A stretch of 64,000 nt of DNA. Source: Candidatus Bathyarchaeia archaeon. GTDB lineage: Archaea > Thermoproteota > Bathyarchaeia > 40CM-2-53-6. The notes under the pieces are model-generated. The model did not search any database and was not told the origin of the DNA. It was given only the letters and a program-made list of their open reading frames with translations. The DNA lies in contig JBEKFP010000001.1 of assembly GCA_050013255.1 (NCBI GenBank), positions 928,001 through 992,000 on the forward strand. Direction: 5' to 3'. Positions 9,586 through 19,123 of this stretch are shown here, piece after piece. Position 1 is the first letter of the stretch. Every line of letters starts with the position of its first letter. The position numbers were made by a program, and so were the translations under genes.

Positions 9586-10512
9586 TTGGATGCTTCAGAA
9601 CTCCTCCTGGGGGTTGGATTGATTGCCGTTTCAGCCCTCAACTCTTTTGCAATCATTTACTTGGTGCACCAAAGAAAGACTGGTTCTGGGACGAGGGAAC
9701 ACGTGAAAGAGGACGAGGAAGGAGACACTGACGAGGGGGAGGGGCAACCTGAAGCGGCGCCCGGGACTGAACGACCAACCACCAAAGCAGGGATTCTTGC
9801 CTGGCGGCAGAGTATCATCGAAGGCCTAGAACGCGAGCGGGGAACGAAGGTCATCACGATGATTCACAAGAAAGAACTGTGGACTGAGCCCGGGGAGGAC
9901 CCTGAAATTGGGATAGAGGATACCGTGAAAGTGTTGATGGAGATTCAGAAGACACCTAAAGACAAGCCAATTGACATGATCATCCATACGCCTGGGGGAT
10001 ATGCGGTCGCTGCCCAAATGATGGCGATGGCCATCAAATTTCACCCCGCCAAAGTCACGGTCATGGTTCCGTTCTACGCGATGTCCGGCGGTTCACTCAT
10101 GAGCCTGGCGGCTGGCGAAATTCGCATGGAAAAATACAGCGTACTAGGGCCGGTGGATCCTCAGATTCCAACGCCTAGCGGCATGCATCCCGCAGGCGCC
10201 TTAGCCACTCTCATTAAGACGAAACCGATTCAAACTATCAGTGACAAGATGGTCATCTTGGCTGAGGCTGGAAACCTAGAGATAGAGAATGCCAAAGCTT
10301 TCGTAATATGGCTTCTAGAAGGCAAAATGGACAAACAGCAAGCTGAGAGTGTCGCAGATTTCCTAGCCCGCGGATACATGGCCCACGCAACACCGATCAC
10401 TCTTGATGTGGCACGCTCGTTAGGACTGAACGTGGTTGAAGGTGTACCTGACAAGGTCTATGAATTGTTCAAGACCTTCGCGTTCACTGGCCAATCATAC
10501 AAAGGCCATTGA
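9586..10512 (+). CDS. Membrane-anchored SDH-family (ClpP-fold) serine protease
   Basis: IIHTPGG, YAMSGG (Ser), GPVDPQ (Asp) and MAHATPI (His). Confidence 0.9.
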   Translation: MDASELLLGVGLIAVSALNSFAIIYLVHQRKTGSGTREHVKEDEEGDTDEGEGQPEAAPGTERPTTKAGILAWRQSIIEGLERERGTKVITMIHKKELWTEPGEDPEIGIEDTVKVLMEIQKTPKDKPIDMIIHTPGGYAVAAQMMAMAIKFHPAKVTVMVPFYAMSGGSLMSLAAGEIRMEKYSVLGPVDPQIPTPSGMHPAGALATLIKTKPIQTISDKMVILAEAGNLEIENAKAFVIWLLEGKMDKQQAESVADFLARGYMAHATPITLDVARSLGLNVVEGVPDKVYELFKTFAFTGQSYKGH

Positions 10513-10592
10513 TTTCCGGAAATGCGGTTAAGACTTACCGCTTAAGAGATTCCTCATCACCAAAGCTAATGTAACGATGGAGAAGATGCCAA

Positions 10593-10826
10593 ATGAAACA
10601 TGTTGAACCTAGCGCAATCCCGAAAGAAATCGCTCTAAATCTTTGTACGCAGATTTCCAAAGAGAACGGAGGCAAATGGTACGGCTGGGCAGCATGGCGG
10701 TGCAAAGGCTGCGTCAAATGGAGTAGAGGAGATGAGGGGATGCTATACTTCAACACCCGCCTTGGCCTTAGGGGCTGTGACCTCGTCAACTCGCGATACG
10801 CGATGATGAGCGAGAAAACGAACTAG
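10593..10826 (+). CDS. Small Cys/Trp-rich hypothetical protein
   Basis: ATG start, fills the intergenic gap, and has C...CKGC...GC spacing. Confidence 0.55.
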   Translation: MKHVEPSAIPKEIALNLCTQISKENGGKWYGWAAWRCKGCVKWSRGDEGMLYFNTRLGLRGCDLVNSRYAMMSEKTN

Positions 10827-10841
10827 TCTACGCGTCAAGCG

Positions 10842-11168
10842 TTAGGAAGCCATCTTCCCTATTATCTTCCTTAGATCAGAGCGACTCCGTACGCCTCTCA
10901 AACGTTCCCACTCCTTTCCATTCCTGATCAGGACCAGTGTGGGAACGCTTTTGATGTTGAATTGGGACGCCAAATCCCGGTTATTCTCAATATCCACTTT
11001 CGCAAAGACGACCTGGTCCTCGAACTCCTTAGCAAGAGCCCTCAGTATCGGAGCCATAACATGACACGGCCCGCACCAACCCGCCCAGAAATCAACAACA
11101 ACAGGTTTTCCGCTCCGCAATAGATCCCGCAGGTTCCCTATCGTGGCCTGTACAATCCGTCCCCCCAT
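10842..11168 (-). CDS. trxA: Thioredoxin
   Basis: DFWAGWCGPC and SVPT. Confidence 0.95.
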   Translation of the reverse strand: MGGRIVQATIGNLRDLLRSGKPVVVDFWAGWCGPCHVMAPILRALAKEFEDQVVFAKVDIENNRDLASQFNIKSVPTLVLIRNGKEWERLRGVRSRSDLRKIIGKMAS

Positions 11169-11207
11169 ACTACAACCCTACACACTGGCCCTGATTTCTC
11201 AAACGGC

Positions 11208-11615
11208 TCAGGATGATTTTCGGGAAGCAGTGTATTCATGCTCTTCCCACATGTCGTACGCTGTTGCAACCGAAGCTGCTTGAGTGATTATTGCCAATGC
11301 TACTACGATGTGAAAGAAGGAAATCACTGATACTAGGGGAATGCTCACGCTGAGTCTTAGGTTCGCATAGAGAATGATGCCTAAGATTATTTGGAACGTT
11401 GCTAGGACAGCGGTCGATTTGACAATGCGCTTAAGCCTGTTGGGAGCAGCCGTCTTTTTGATCAGCGCGTTGTCGTAGTGTGCTAACGCTAAGATTGCTA
11501 GGCCAAGTGCCACGTGTGCGTCGACGAGGTATATTGTGAAGCGTGGAAGGGTTATGATGATTATCTGAAGGAAAGCAAGCCAAACCATTGCGTAGAGCTG
11601 TTTCCATACACTCAT
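11208..11615 (-). CDS. Hypothetical 4-TM membrane protein with intramembrane His residues
   Basis: Hydrophobic helices carrying DAHV, LAHY and FFHI. Confidence 0.7.
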   Translation of the reverse strand: MSVWKQLYAMVWLAFLQIIIITLPRFTIYLVDAHVALGLAILALAHYDNALIKKTAAPNRLKRIVKSTAVLATFQIILGIILYANLRLSVSIPLVSVISFFHIVVALAIITQAASVATAYDMWEEHEYTASRKSS

Positions 11616-11766
11616 TTTCTATTCCACGCGTTCACGCGCTACTGTCGCTTCTAAAGGGTTCCCCTCATTCTCAGCGCCTGAGTGATGTGAATGAGACGCT
11701 GTTTGCTTAGGTTAATGGACTCCTGGCCTGGAACTTTGGCGCACCCGCTCGGGGCGCTAATTCCAC

Positions 11767-12219
11767 TTGGTGGAAAAATGGTTCAAGAATTCATATGGGA
11801 TGTTTGTGATGGGTAGGTTTGATGTGATTATATTGTCGGGAACACCAGTCTTGAAGAATGGTTTCTTGGATTTGGCTGCAGCACTTTTCGTTATAGGGGG
11901 AGTTATCAGCCTTATCGTTAGCATCTTTGCGCTCCCAATATTCAGCATCTACCCGTTAATTCTTGTTCCGTTCGGGTTGGTTTTCGCGGTGCTGTTCGTT
12001 GTGGGCCTAATCTGTTCCTTGGTGGCTGTTCATTGCTACAGCCTCACCACGAAACGCTTTCTCTCTCAGGCGGGGATGAGAGGAGTAATTTCCGGCGCGA
12101 TTCTGCTAACCCTGAGTCTGGGCCTAATCGGAATGACACATGAGCTGACAACTCAGATTGGGGCAGTGAGTGCGATAATGATTCTGATTGCGGGAGCCGT
12201 TTGTTTCGTGTTACGCTAG
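11767..12219 (+). CDS. Hypothetical 4-TM membrane protein (paralogue of 476-937); start probably near 11833
   Basis: Visible similarity to 476-937 along its length. Confidence 0.75.
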   Translation: MVEKWFKNSYGMFVMGRFDVIILSGTPVLKNGFLDLAAALFVIGGVISLIVSIFALPIFSIYPLILVPFGLVFAVLFVVGLICSLVAVHCYSLTTKRFLSQAGMRGVISGAILLTLSLGLIGMTHELTTQIGAVSAIMILIAGAVCFVLR

Positions 12220-12341
12220 CAGAATTATCTCTAAATTTAGGCGCCGCACGAAAACCAGTTTGTGCGAATATACTCTACAGGCAGTAAAAGCGCACTGCAT
12301 AAGTCGCAAAGGCCTCATGGGGGTGCATCGGTGTTCACTCC

Positions 12342-13205
12342 ATGGAATTCACCTCGAAGGAATTACAGCCAGTACTGAATGAGATGCTCGTTCACGCCAC
12401 AACCCAGCTTCCAGCGGACATCCTGGCCGCAATCAAAGAGGCACATGCTCACGAGACTAAAGACCTAGCCAAGAAACAGCTTGAAGCTATACTCACTAGT
12501 TCTAGCCTAAGTGACGAGAAAGGGCTTCCCTTGTGCCAAGACACGGGACTCGTAACCCTCTTCGTGTCCGGCGAGCTAATCAACCACCTCGACGCTGTTG
12601 AGAAAGCACTCGCCCAAACAGTCCAGGGTTTGACAGCAAAGAGCGCAATGAGGGCGAACGTCGTTCATCCTCTCACACGCAAGAATACTGGGACAAACAC
12701 AGGATTGAGCGAGCCCGAGGTTCTAATCGACAAGTCGACAAACAAGACGTCAATGAAGTTAATTTTGAAAGGCGCCGGTTCAGAGAATTTTACCAACCTC
12801 AAAATGATGGTTCCAACCGCAAGTAGACAGGACATGCTCAAGCATATCCTTCAGGTCGTCATCGAGGCGGGAGGAAAAACGTGCCCACCAAACATTCTTG
12901 GAATAGGGATCGGAGGTTCTGCGGTCCAGGCCACGTTCAACTCGAAGCGAGCCCTACTGAGGGAGATCGGCTCGCGGCACCCTGACCCAGAAGTTGCCCA
13001 ATTCGAGACCTCAATACTGAAGGCAGCGAACGAGCTTGGAATCGGAACAATGGGGCTAGGGGGAGACACGACGATGCTCGACGTTCACATTGAAACGGCT
13101 GGCACACATACCGCATGTTTGCCTATAGCGATCTCATTTGGTTGTTGGGCGAATAGAGTGGCCGTTGCGGAACTGAAAGGAGAACGCTTCAGGATGGTAA
13201 GGTGA
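12342..13205 (+). CDS. Class I fumarate hydratase / tartrate dehydratase alpha subunit
   Basis: PLCQDTG, KGAGSEN, CPP, GLGGDTT and CWANR. Confidence 0.92.
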   Translation: MEFTSKELQPVLNEMLVHATTQLPADILAAIKEAHAHETKDLAKKQLEAILTSSSLSDEKGLPLCQDTGLVTLFVSGELINHLDAVEKALAQTVQGLTAKSAMRANVVHPLTRKNTGTNTGLSEPEVLIDKSTNKTSMKLILKGAGSENFTNLKMMVPTASRQDMLKHILQVVIEAGGKTCPPNILGIGIGGSAVQATFNSKRALLREIGSRHPDPEVAQFETSILKAANELGIGTMGLGGDTTMLDVHIETAGTHTACLPIAISFGCWANRVAVAELKGERFRMVR

Positions 13206-13212
13206 CCTGGAT

Positions 13213-13791
13213 ATGGCTGAATTCAAACTGAACGTTCCGAAAGACAACGTACGGGTAACGGAGGTTCGCGTAGGCGACGTCCTCTACGTGACGGGCGATA
13301 TAGCCGTCGCCCGAGACCAAGCACACAAGAAACTTCTTGAGACATTTGTCCCAGAATTAGTTGGTCTGCCGATATTTCACTGCGGCCCAATCGCCCGCAA
13401 GGTTGGCGAGGAATGGAGAATCGTGGCAGGCGGACCTACAACGAGCACTAGAATGGACGCGCTTACGCCCCCGGTCCTTGAGAAGTATGGGACGAAGGTG
13501 ATCATCGGCAAAGGCGGCTTGGGGGAAACTGGCAAGAAGGGCCTCGCCAATTTTGGCGCGGTATACTCTGAGTTCACGGGTGGCGCCTCCGCACTAGCCG
13601 TGTCGAAGATTGTCCGCGTGAAGAAGAGGCTTCTCGAAGAGCTAGGGCCTACGGAACTTGTCTGGATCTGGGAAGTGAAAGATTTCGGACCACTTCTAGT
13701 GACACAGGATCATCAAGGTGGCGATATCAAGAAGGTCGTTACGACGCAAGCGACCTCGAAGCTTGATGCGATAGTAAAAACGTACGCCTAA
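13213..13791 (+). CDS. Class I fumarate hydratase / tartrate dehydratase beta subunit
   Basis: ARDQAH, HCGP, GPTTSTRM, IGKGG and FGPL. Confidence 0.92.
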   Translation: MAEFKLNVPKDNVRVTEVRVGDVLYVTGDIAVARDQAHKKLLETFVPELVGLPIFHCGPIARKVGEEWRIVAGGPTTSTRMDALTPPVLEKYGTKVIIGKGGLGETGKKGLANFGAVYSEFTGGASALAVSKIVRVKKRLLEELGPTELVWIWEVKDFGPLLVTQDHQGGDIKKVVTTQATSKLDAIVKTYA

Positions 13792-13827
13792 GTTCGAACA
13801 GAGCAGCTAACCGAGTCCGCTCCGTTT

Positions 13828-14196
13828 TCACTGTCCAGCACGTCCAGTAACATCGTCCTTTGAAGGACGCTGCGTTGGATTAGGTTCGGCTGACATTGTG
13901 AGGCGTTTGCCGTAATCCGTTTCGAGCGAGAGGCTGTCGTCAGCGAAATCTATGGCGTCTATGGTAATTTGCTCGGCCTTCAAACTTCTTTCGAGTACGG
14001 GGTTTACGAATATTCGTAGTCCATCGATCTCTGCCAAGAGAGAAACTCTCCAGCTGGGCTTGCTTTCTCTCAGCATAACATTGCTATTCGAGCAGCAGCT
14101 TGTATCGTCGGGCAAAAGGACGAGGCTTCTATGTTCCTTTGAAATAGTTTGCAGAAGCGCTGCGGCGGTTGGGGTTAAGCGCACACCGGGTTGCAT
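13828..14196 (-). CDS. DUF779/HesB-like small protein
   Basis: LTPTAAALL...TSCCSNS...SLETDYGKRL, immediately downstream of the aldehyde dehydrogenase. Confidence 0.55.
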   Translation of the reverse strand: MQPGVRLTPTAAALLQTISKEHRSLVLLPDDTSCCSNSNVMLRESKPSWRVSLLAEIDGLRIFVNPVLERSLKAEQITIDAIDFADDSLSLETDYGKRLTMSAEPNPTQRPSKDDVTGRAGQ

Positions 14197-14199
14197 TGC

Positions 14200-15711
14200 T
14201 TATTGTGGGCCGTATACGGTGTAATGCCATGGTTTCCTAACGTCGCCGCTCAGGTCGATGTAAACGTGTTTCACGTCGGTGTAATCATCAAAGGTGTAGA
14301 GGCTCATGTCTTTGCCGAACCCGCTCTGTTTGTACCCGCCGTGTGGCATCTCGCTGACGAGGGGTAGGTGATCGTTTATCCAAACGCAGCCAAAGTGGAG
14401 TTCAGCGGCCGCTTTCATGGCCTTGAAGATGTCTTTCGTCCAGACCGAGCTCGCCAAACCGTAGATGATGTCGTTCGATTTCTCAATCGCCTCGCTCATC
14501 GTCTTAAATGGCAGTGCGGTGAGAACGGGCCCGAATATTTCCTGCTGAACGATTCGCATGTCTTGCTTCGCGTCGGCGAAGAGGGTTGGCTCGTAATAGA
14601 AGCCCTTGCTGTTAGGGGTGGGTAAGCTTGGACGTTTTCCGCCTATGAGGAGTTTCGCGCCCTCTTTAACCCCGCTTGCAACCATGTCTTCGACTTTTCG
14701 CCTCTGGGCCTCGGAGATTAGTGGGCCGAGGTCGGTTTCACGTTTTGTTGTGTCGCCAAGTTTGATTTTCTTGACCCGTTCAACGACCAGGTTGAGGAAT
14801 TTCTGGTAGACGCTTTCCTGAACGTATAACCTCGTGGCCGCAGTGCAATCTTGGCCGCTGTTCACGTAACCCCCCACAACCGCTCCTTCCGCGGCGGCTT
14901 CGAGGTCTGCGTCTTCGAAGACGATGAAGGGTGCCTTCCCCCCTAATTCTAATTGCACTCGCTTCACGGTGCCCGATGCGAGTTCCATTATTCGCCGGCC
15001 AGTTAGCGTATCACCAGTTAGGCCGACAATATCGACGCCGGGGTGTGTGACCAATGCTTCGCCGAGTGTCGCCCCTGGGCCGGTAACAACGTTCACAACT
15101 CCTTTCGGAAACCCTGCCTTCTCAGTTAGCTTCCCGAACTCCAGCGTGGTGAGCGGCGTGACACTAGCCGGCTTTATTACAACCGTGTTCCCGGCTGCGA
15201 GCGGCGGAACAGCCTTCCACGCAAGCATCATGAACGGGTAATTCCATGGCGTAATTGTAGCGACGACGCCGACTGGTTCGCGTCTGATAATGCTGGTAGC
15301 GACCGCGTTGTACTCCGTGCTCGCCTTGCCCTCGAGGCACCTGGCGGCACCGGCGAAGAAGCGGATGTTGTCAATTGCGAAAGGGAAGTCGCCATCGCGG
15401 CTAAGCTTGATAGGTTTGCCCTGCTGCTGGGTTTCGAGAAGCGCGAGACGGTCAACTTCCTTTTCGATTACGTCAGCTAATTTCATAATGAGGCCAGCGC
15501 GCTCCGCTGGGGCCATCCGGGGCCACCGGCCTTTATCGAACGCCTCACGCGCGGCATCCACAGCCCTCGCCGCGTCCTTCGCGTCGCCCTTCGGAACTTT
15601 AGCGATAACTTCAGTTGTGGCTGGGTTGATCACATCATAAGTGGCTCCACTTTCTGAAGAAACCCATTCGCCGTCAACGAACATTTTGTAAGGTTGAACT
15701 GTTACTTCCAA
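14200..15711 (-). CDS. NAD(P)-dependent aldehyde dehydrogenase, aminobutyraldehyde dehydrogenase (PatD/YdcW)-like
   Basis: PWNYP, LELGGKAP, GQDCTAATR, EIFGPV and EMPHGGYKQSG. Confidence 0.92.
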   Translation of the reverse strand: MEVTVQPYKMFVDGEWVSSESGATYDVINPATTEVIAKVPKGDAKDAARAVDAAREAFDKGRWPRMAPAERAGLIMKLADVIEKEVDRLALLETQQQGKPIKLSRDGDFPFAIDNIRFFAGAARCLEGKASTEYNAVATSIIRREPVGVVATITPWNYPFMMLAWKAVPPLAAGNTVVIKPASVTPLTTLEFGKLTEKAGFPKGVVNVVTGPGATLGEALVTHPGVDIVGLTGDTLTGRRIMELASGTVKRVQLELGGKAPFIVFEDADLEAAAEGAVVGGYVNSGQDCTAATRLYVQESVYQKFLNLVVERVKKIKLGDTTKRETDLGPLISEAQRRKVEDMVASGVKEGAKLLIGGKRPSLPTPNSKGFYYEPTLFADAKQDMRIVQQEIFGPVLTALPFKTMSEAIEKSNDIIYGLASSVWTKDIFKAMKAAAELHFGCVWINDHLPLVSEMPHGGYKQSGFGKDMSLYTFDDYTDVKHVYIDLSGDVRKPWHYTVYGPQ

Positions 15712-15829
15712 AAGCTGACCCGCTATGTATTCGTTTCATTATTCATAAAGCCCTTCCGTTCCTGCCGGCCGGTTTCAAAAGAAACGTTGCCAAGTCTAAT
15801 ATAGTCATAGAGGACCCTCCACGGGGTTT

Positions 15830-17446
15830 ATGAAAAGTACACAGGTCTTCGCAAGAAAATCTTCCGGCCTCATCAGAGTTATGTCACCATACTCCGCTTT
15901 CGCATACAACGTGTTGAACATCGGCGTGATCTTTCCCTGGGTCTACCTTTTGACTTTGGGACTTTGGCCTGACGCCAACGTTCCACTGGGCATCTTGATA
16001 ACTGGGATTTTCACGACTTTCCTTGCTGTTGCTTACGCTGGCCTCGCAGCGGCGATGCCTCGCACTGGAGGCGATTATGTCTTCCAAAGCCGCACGCTCA
16101 AACCATTCATAGGCTTCGCAATAGTAGCAACAATGATTGTCACATTCTTCCTTCAATGGCAAGCGCTTGGGGGTTGGCTAACTGCAATTCTCGGCTTCGC
16201 GCCGCTATTCACAGGCCTAGGATTGACGATGAACAGCGCTTTACTGCTCAATCTGGGCATCTGGTTCACAACACCCATTGGAATTTGGGTAACCACAGCG
16301 GCTGCATCAACATTCGCTGCATTGATCCTCATCAAAAGCTTCCGATGGTTCGTAATGGCACAGTGGGTCATGTGGTACGGATTCCTTCTCAGCTTCGTGA
16401 TCATGATCGCCCTCTTCGCCTTGACGCCAACCAGCGTTTTCATTACACGCTTCAACAGTGCAATGGCGATTCTCTCGCCCGGCACACCTGATTACTACCA
16501 CTACGTGCTGACGGCAGCGACGCAGAACGGCTTTACACCTGTTAGCGGCTTCTCTTGGGCCTCAACGCTCTTCGTTCTGCCCGTAGCGCTCACAAGCTTA
16601 GGATGGGTGGGCTACGCGCAAGAACAAGCAGGCGAAATCCAAGGAGCTTCAAGCCTCAAGAACCAGCTATTCATCAACGTTGGCGGTGGCCTCTTCAGCA
16701 CAGCGTTGATGATGATCCTCGCATACACATTCATCAACACAGTTGGGCAGGGATGGCTCGCAGCAGCTGCGTACGGTAACTTCCTCACAGGAACTGTCAG
16801 CATGCCAATCCCACCCTGGTTCAGCAACCTCGCGGCCGTACTAACCGACAACCCATTGCTAGTCTTCCTAATGATCATAGGAATACTGCTGAACGCGGTA
16901 CAAGTGGTATTCAACGTCATCGTCGGGTGGACTAGAGTTGCAGTGGCCATGTCGATCGACGGCGCCCTACCAAAATTCGTCAGCAGGGTCAACGAACGCA
17001 CCCACACCCCAGTTGTCGCCCACGTTATCTTCCTAATCTTAGGAGGGTTCGTGATGAGCTACGTTTACAATTTCGTCCCAGGTTACATAAGCCTCACGCT
17101 AGCAGTCACTGCAGTAGCGACAGTTTTCTACATCGGCACAGCCTTCGGTGGTGCGATATTCCCCTGGAGTAGGAAAGAAGTCTACGAGAGTTCACCAATC
17201 GCAAAGTACAAAGTAGGTAGCATCCCGGTGATTACGATCTGTGGCCTGATAGCCACCGTCTTCAGCATCTGGATGCTCTACTACTACCTAACAATACCAG
17301 GCCTCGGAGTCGCCAGCCTAACTTCAGAAGTCATCATGCTTGTAATATTCCTAGGGTGGATCGGCTTCTTCTTCCTTAGGCGCTGGTGGCTGAAAAGGGT
17401 CGGAATCAACTTAGACCTAGCATACAAAGAAGTGCCCCCAATCTAG
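15830..17446 (+). CDS. APC-superfamily amino acid/amine permease
   Basis: About 12 TM segments, FARKSSGLIR, MPRTGGDYVF, ERTHTP and C-terminal GINLDLAYKEVPP. Confidence 0.9.
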   Translation: MKSTQVFARKSSGLIRVMSPYSAFAYNVLNIGVIFPWVYLLTLGLWPDANVPLGILITGIFTTFLAVAYAGLAAAMPRTGGDYVFQSRTLKPFIGFAIVATMIVTFFLQWQALGGWLTAILGFAPLFTGLGLTMNSALLLNLGIWFTTPIGIWVTTAAASTFAALILIKSFRWFVMAQWVMWYGFLLSFVIMIALFALTPTSVFITRFNSAMAILSPGTPDYYHYVLTAATQNGFTPVSGFSWASTLFVLPVALTSLGWVGYAQEQAGEIQGASSLKNQLFINVGGGLFSTALMMILAYTFINTVGQGWLAAAAYGNFLTGTVSMPIPPWFSNLAAVLTDNPLLVFLMIIGILLNAVQVVFNVIVGWTRVAVAMSIDGALPKFVSRVNERTHTPVVAHVIFLILGGFVMSYVYNFVPGYISLTLAVTAVATVFYIGTAFGGAIFPWSRKEVYESSPIAKYKVGSIPVITICGLIATVFSIWMLYYYLTIPGLGVASLTSEVIMLVIFLGWIGFFFLRRWWLKRVGINLDLAYKEVPPI

Positions 17447-17470
17447 GGGCGCTCCCTCTTTCTTTTCTTT

Positions 17471-18460
17471 CTACCCTGAAGTGAACTGGTAGCTAAGCAC
17501 TTTATCCTTCAACAGGTTCACGATTACCCCGCGCAGAAGACCTGACGGATATTCTGACCCAGGGTTGATGCACATCGTGCGCTTAATTTGAGACGCATTC
17601 TTTGCTTCGTGAATGTGCCCGCAGAGCATCAATAGTGGTTGCATGGCTTCGATTGTGCTTCGGACCGCGGTGCTTCCCACGGGGATCAAGACTTGTTGAC
17701 CTCCTTCGACCACTGGTTTGGGGGGATTCGTTGTCGTGTCCAGCTTCGGTGCAATGTCCAAATTCGAATCGAAGGGTGGGACGTGGACGTTGAAGATGCA
17801 GCTCGATGGTGCCCGTACCTGGCTGGTGAGGGGAGCAAGCTTGGCCACAATCCCGTCTTCGTTACATTCTCTGGGCGTATCCCAAGGTGTGTAATTGCTC
17901 CACCCAAGGCTAAGCATTTCATGGCCACTCTCAAGCGTGACCACCTTTCCATCAACATTCACGAAGTGATCCGTTGAAGCGACGCTGTCGAGAACCTCTT
18001 GGCGGTCATCGTTCCCCCCAGTCCAATAACATTTGACGCTGAGAGGGGCGAGATTTTCTTCGGCGAGTTGCGCCCAGCGCGCTAGACGTTCAATGCTCAA
18101 CTTTTCGAAAAGGCCGGAAACCTTCGCGGGGTCAGCTTCAAGCGTTTCATACTCACTCTGAGAGACCCGGTACGGGTACATGCCCGCATTCATGATGCGG
18201 CCCTCCAGGTTCTCTAGGTTCTCAGGTGCCACATTATCAAATTCCTGTCCTTGAAAGTTGAAGTGATGTTTTCCGTTGGAACCCTGTACCACAGGGACAA
18301 GGGTTTTGCCGGTAATGTCGCCGCCCATTACCAGTGTGTCCGCCTCGTAGAACTTGGCAGCGCCTATGAACTTTCTGAAGACAATCTCAGATGCGTGGAC
18401 GTCAGTTGCGAAAAAAATCCGATAAAACTTCCTTTTGCTTTTTTCTTTCCCCAATTTCAA
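17471..18460 (-). CDS. Icc-like metallophosphoesterase (copy 1)
   Basis: ATDVH, GGDITGK, GGNDD, HVPP, CGHIHE, NPGSEY; ends YQFTSG. Confidence 0.92.
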   Translation of the reverse strand: MKLGKEKSKRKFYRIFFATDVHASEIVFRKFIGAAKFYEADTLVMGGDITGKTLVPVVQGSNGKHHFNFQGQEFDNVAPENLENLEGRIMNAGMYPYRVSQSEYETLEADPAKVSGLFEKLSIERLARWAQLAEENLAPLSVKCYWTGGNDDRQEVLDSVASTDHFVNVDGKVVTLESGHEMLSLGWSNYTPWDTPRECNEDGIVAKLAPLTSQVRAPSSCIFNVHVPPFDSNLDIAPKLDTTTNPPKPVVEGGQQVLIPVGSTAVRSTIEAMQPLLMLCGHIHEAKNASQIKRTMCINPGSEYPSGLLRGVIVNLLKDKVLSYQFTSG

Positions 18461-18608
18461 ATCAGACCCAAGCCTCAGTTGGACAGGGAAAATAAGGATT
18501 TGGAATGTTCCTTTCTTACCTAATGTTGACTGGGTGTGGCCATAATGCCAATCCTCTTATTCGAGGAAATCATGCCTAAAGCTTCGGCACTGTTGCGAGA
18601 GTCGTTCT

Positions 18609-19109
18609 TTGATGGAGAAGGATTTTGAGCGGTTTAGCGTCTACGGGTTTTCAATCGATTACCCAAAGGATGCTCGCATCGAGTTCAACCCTAAGGCCAG
18701 ACGCGGGGAAGGCGACATAGTTTTCCATTTCCCTGATAAGGTGAAATTTTTCCTCTCATGGGGAGACCTAGAAAAAGCCACGAAAACTTTCGGAACAGTC
18801 GAAAAACACGCTGACCACGGCCTTAACAGAGTTAAGAAGGCTGGAAACGTGAAAAGCTTCGAACTAATTTCCCACGATTCACTCAGAATAAACTCGCATG
18901 AGGGACCTTACAACCGCGCGAAGTTTGAGGAGATCGCCGTGGGATTTCTAAGCGGCAAGCGAAAAAACCCACGTGAAGCTCATTCCGTTCACGTGCACTG
19001 CGCTGAATCGTCAAGGTATTTCGTGGTCTACGCGCTGCTGCCAATTGGCGGAATGACTGATTACGAGAGAACATTTGTGAAAATGGCGAAAACCCTCAAG
19101 TGCCATTGA
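18609..19109 (+). CDS. Hypothetical protein, possibly PsbP/Mog1-like fold
   Basis: N-terminal YGFSIDYPKD resembles the PsbP/DcrB start motif; C-terminal helix ends TLKCH. Confidence 0.6.
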   Translation: MMEKDFERFSVYGFSIDYPKDARIEFNPKARRGEGDIVFHFPDKVKFFLSWGDLEKATKTFGTVEKHADHGLNRVKKAGNVKSFELISHDSLRINSHEGPYNRAKFEEIAVGFLSGKRKNPREAHSVHVHCAESSRYFVVYALLPIGGMTDYERTFVKMAKTLKCH

Positions 19110-19123
19110 ACCAAGAAGAATTG

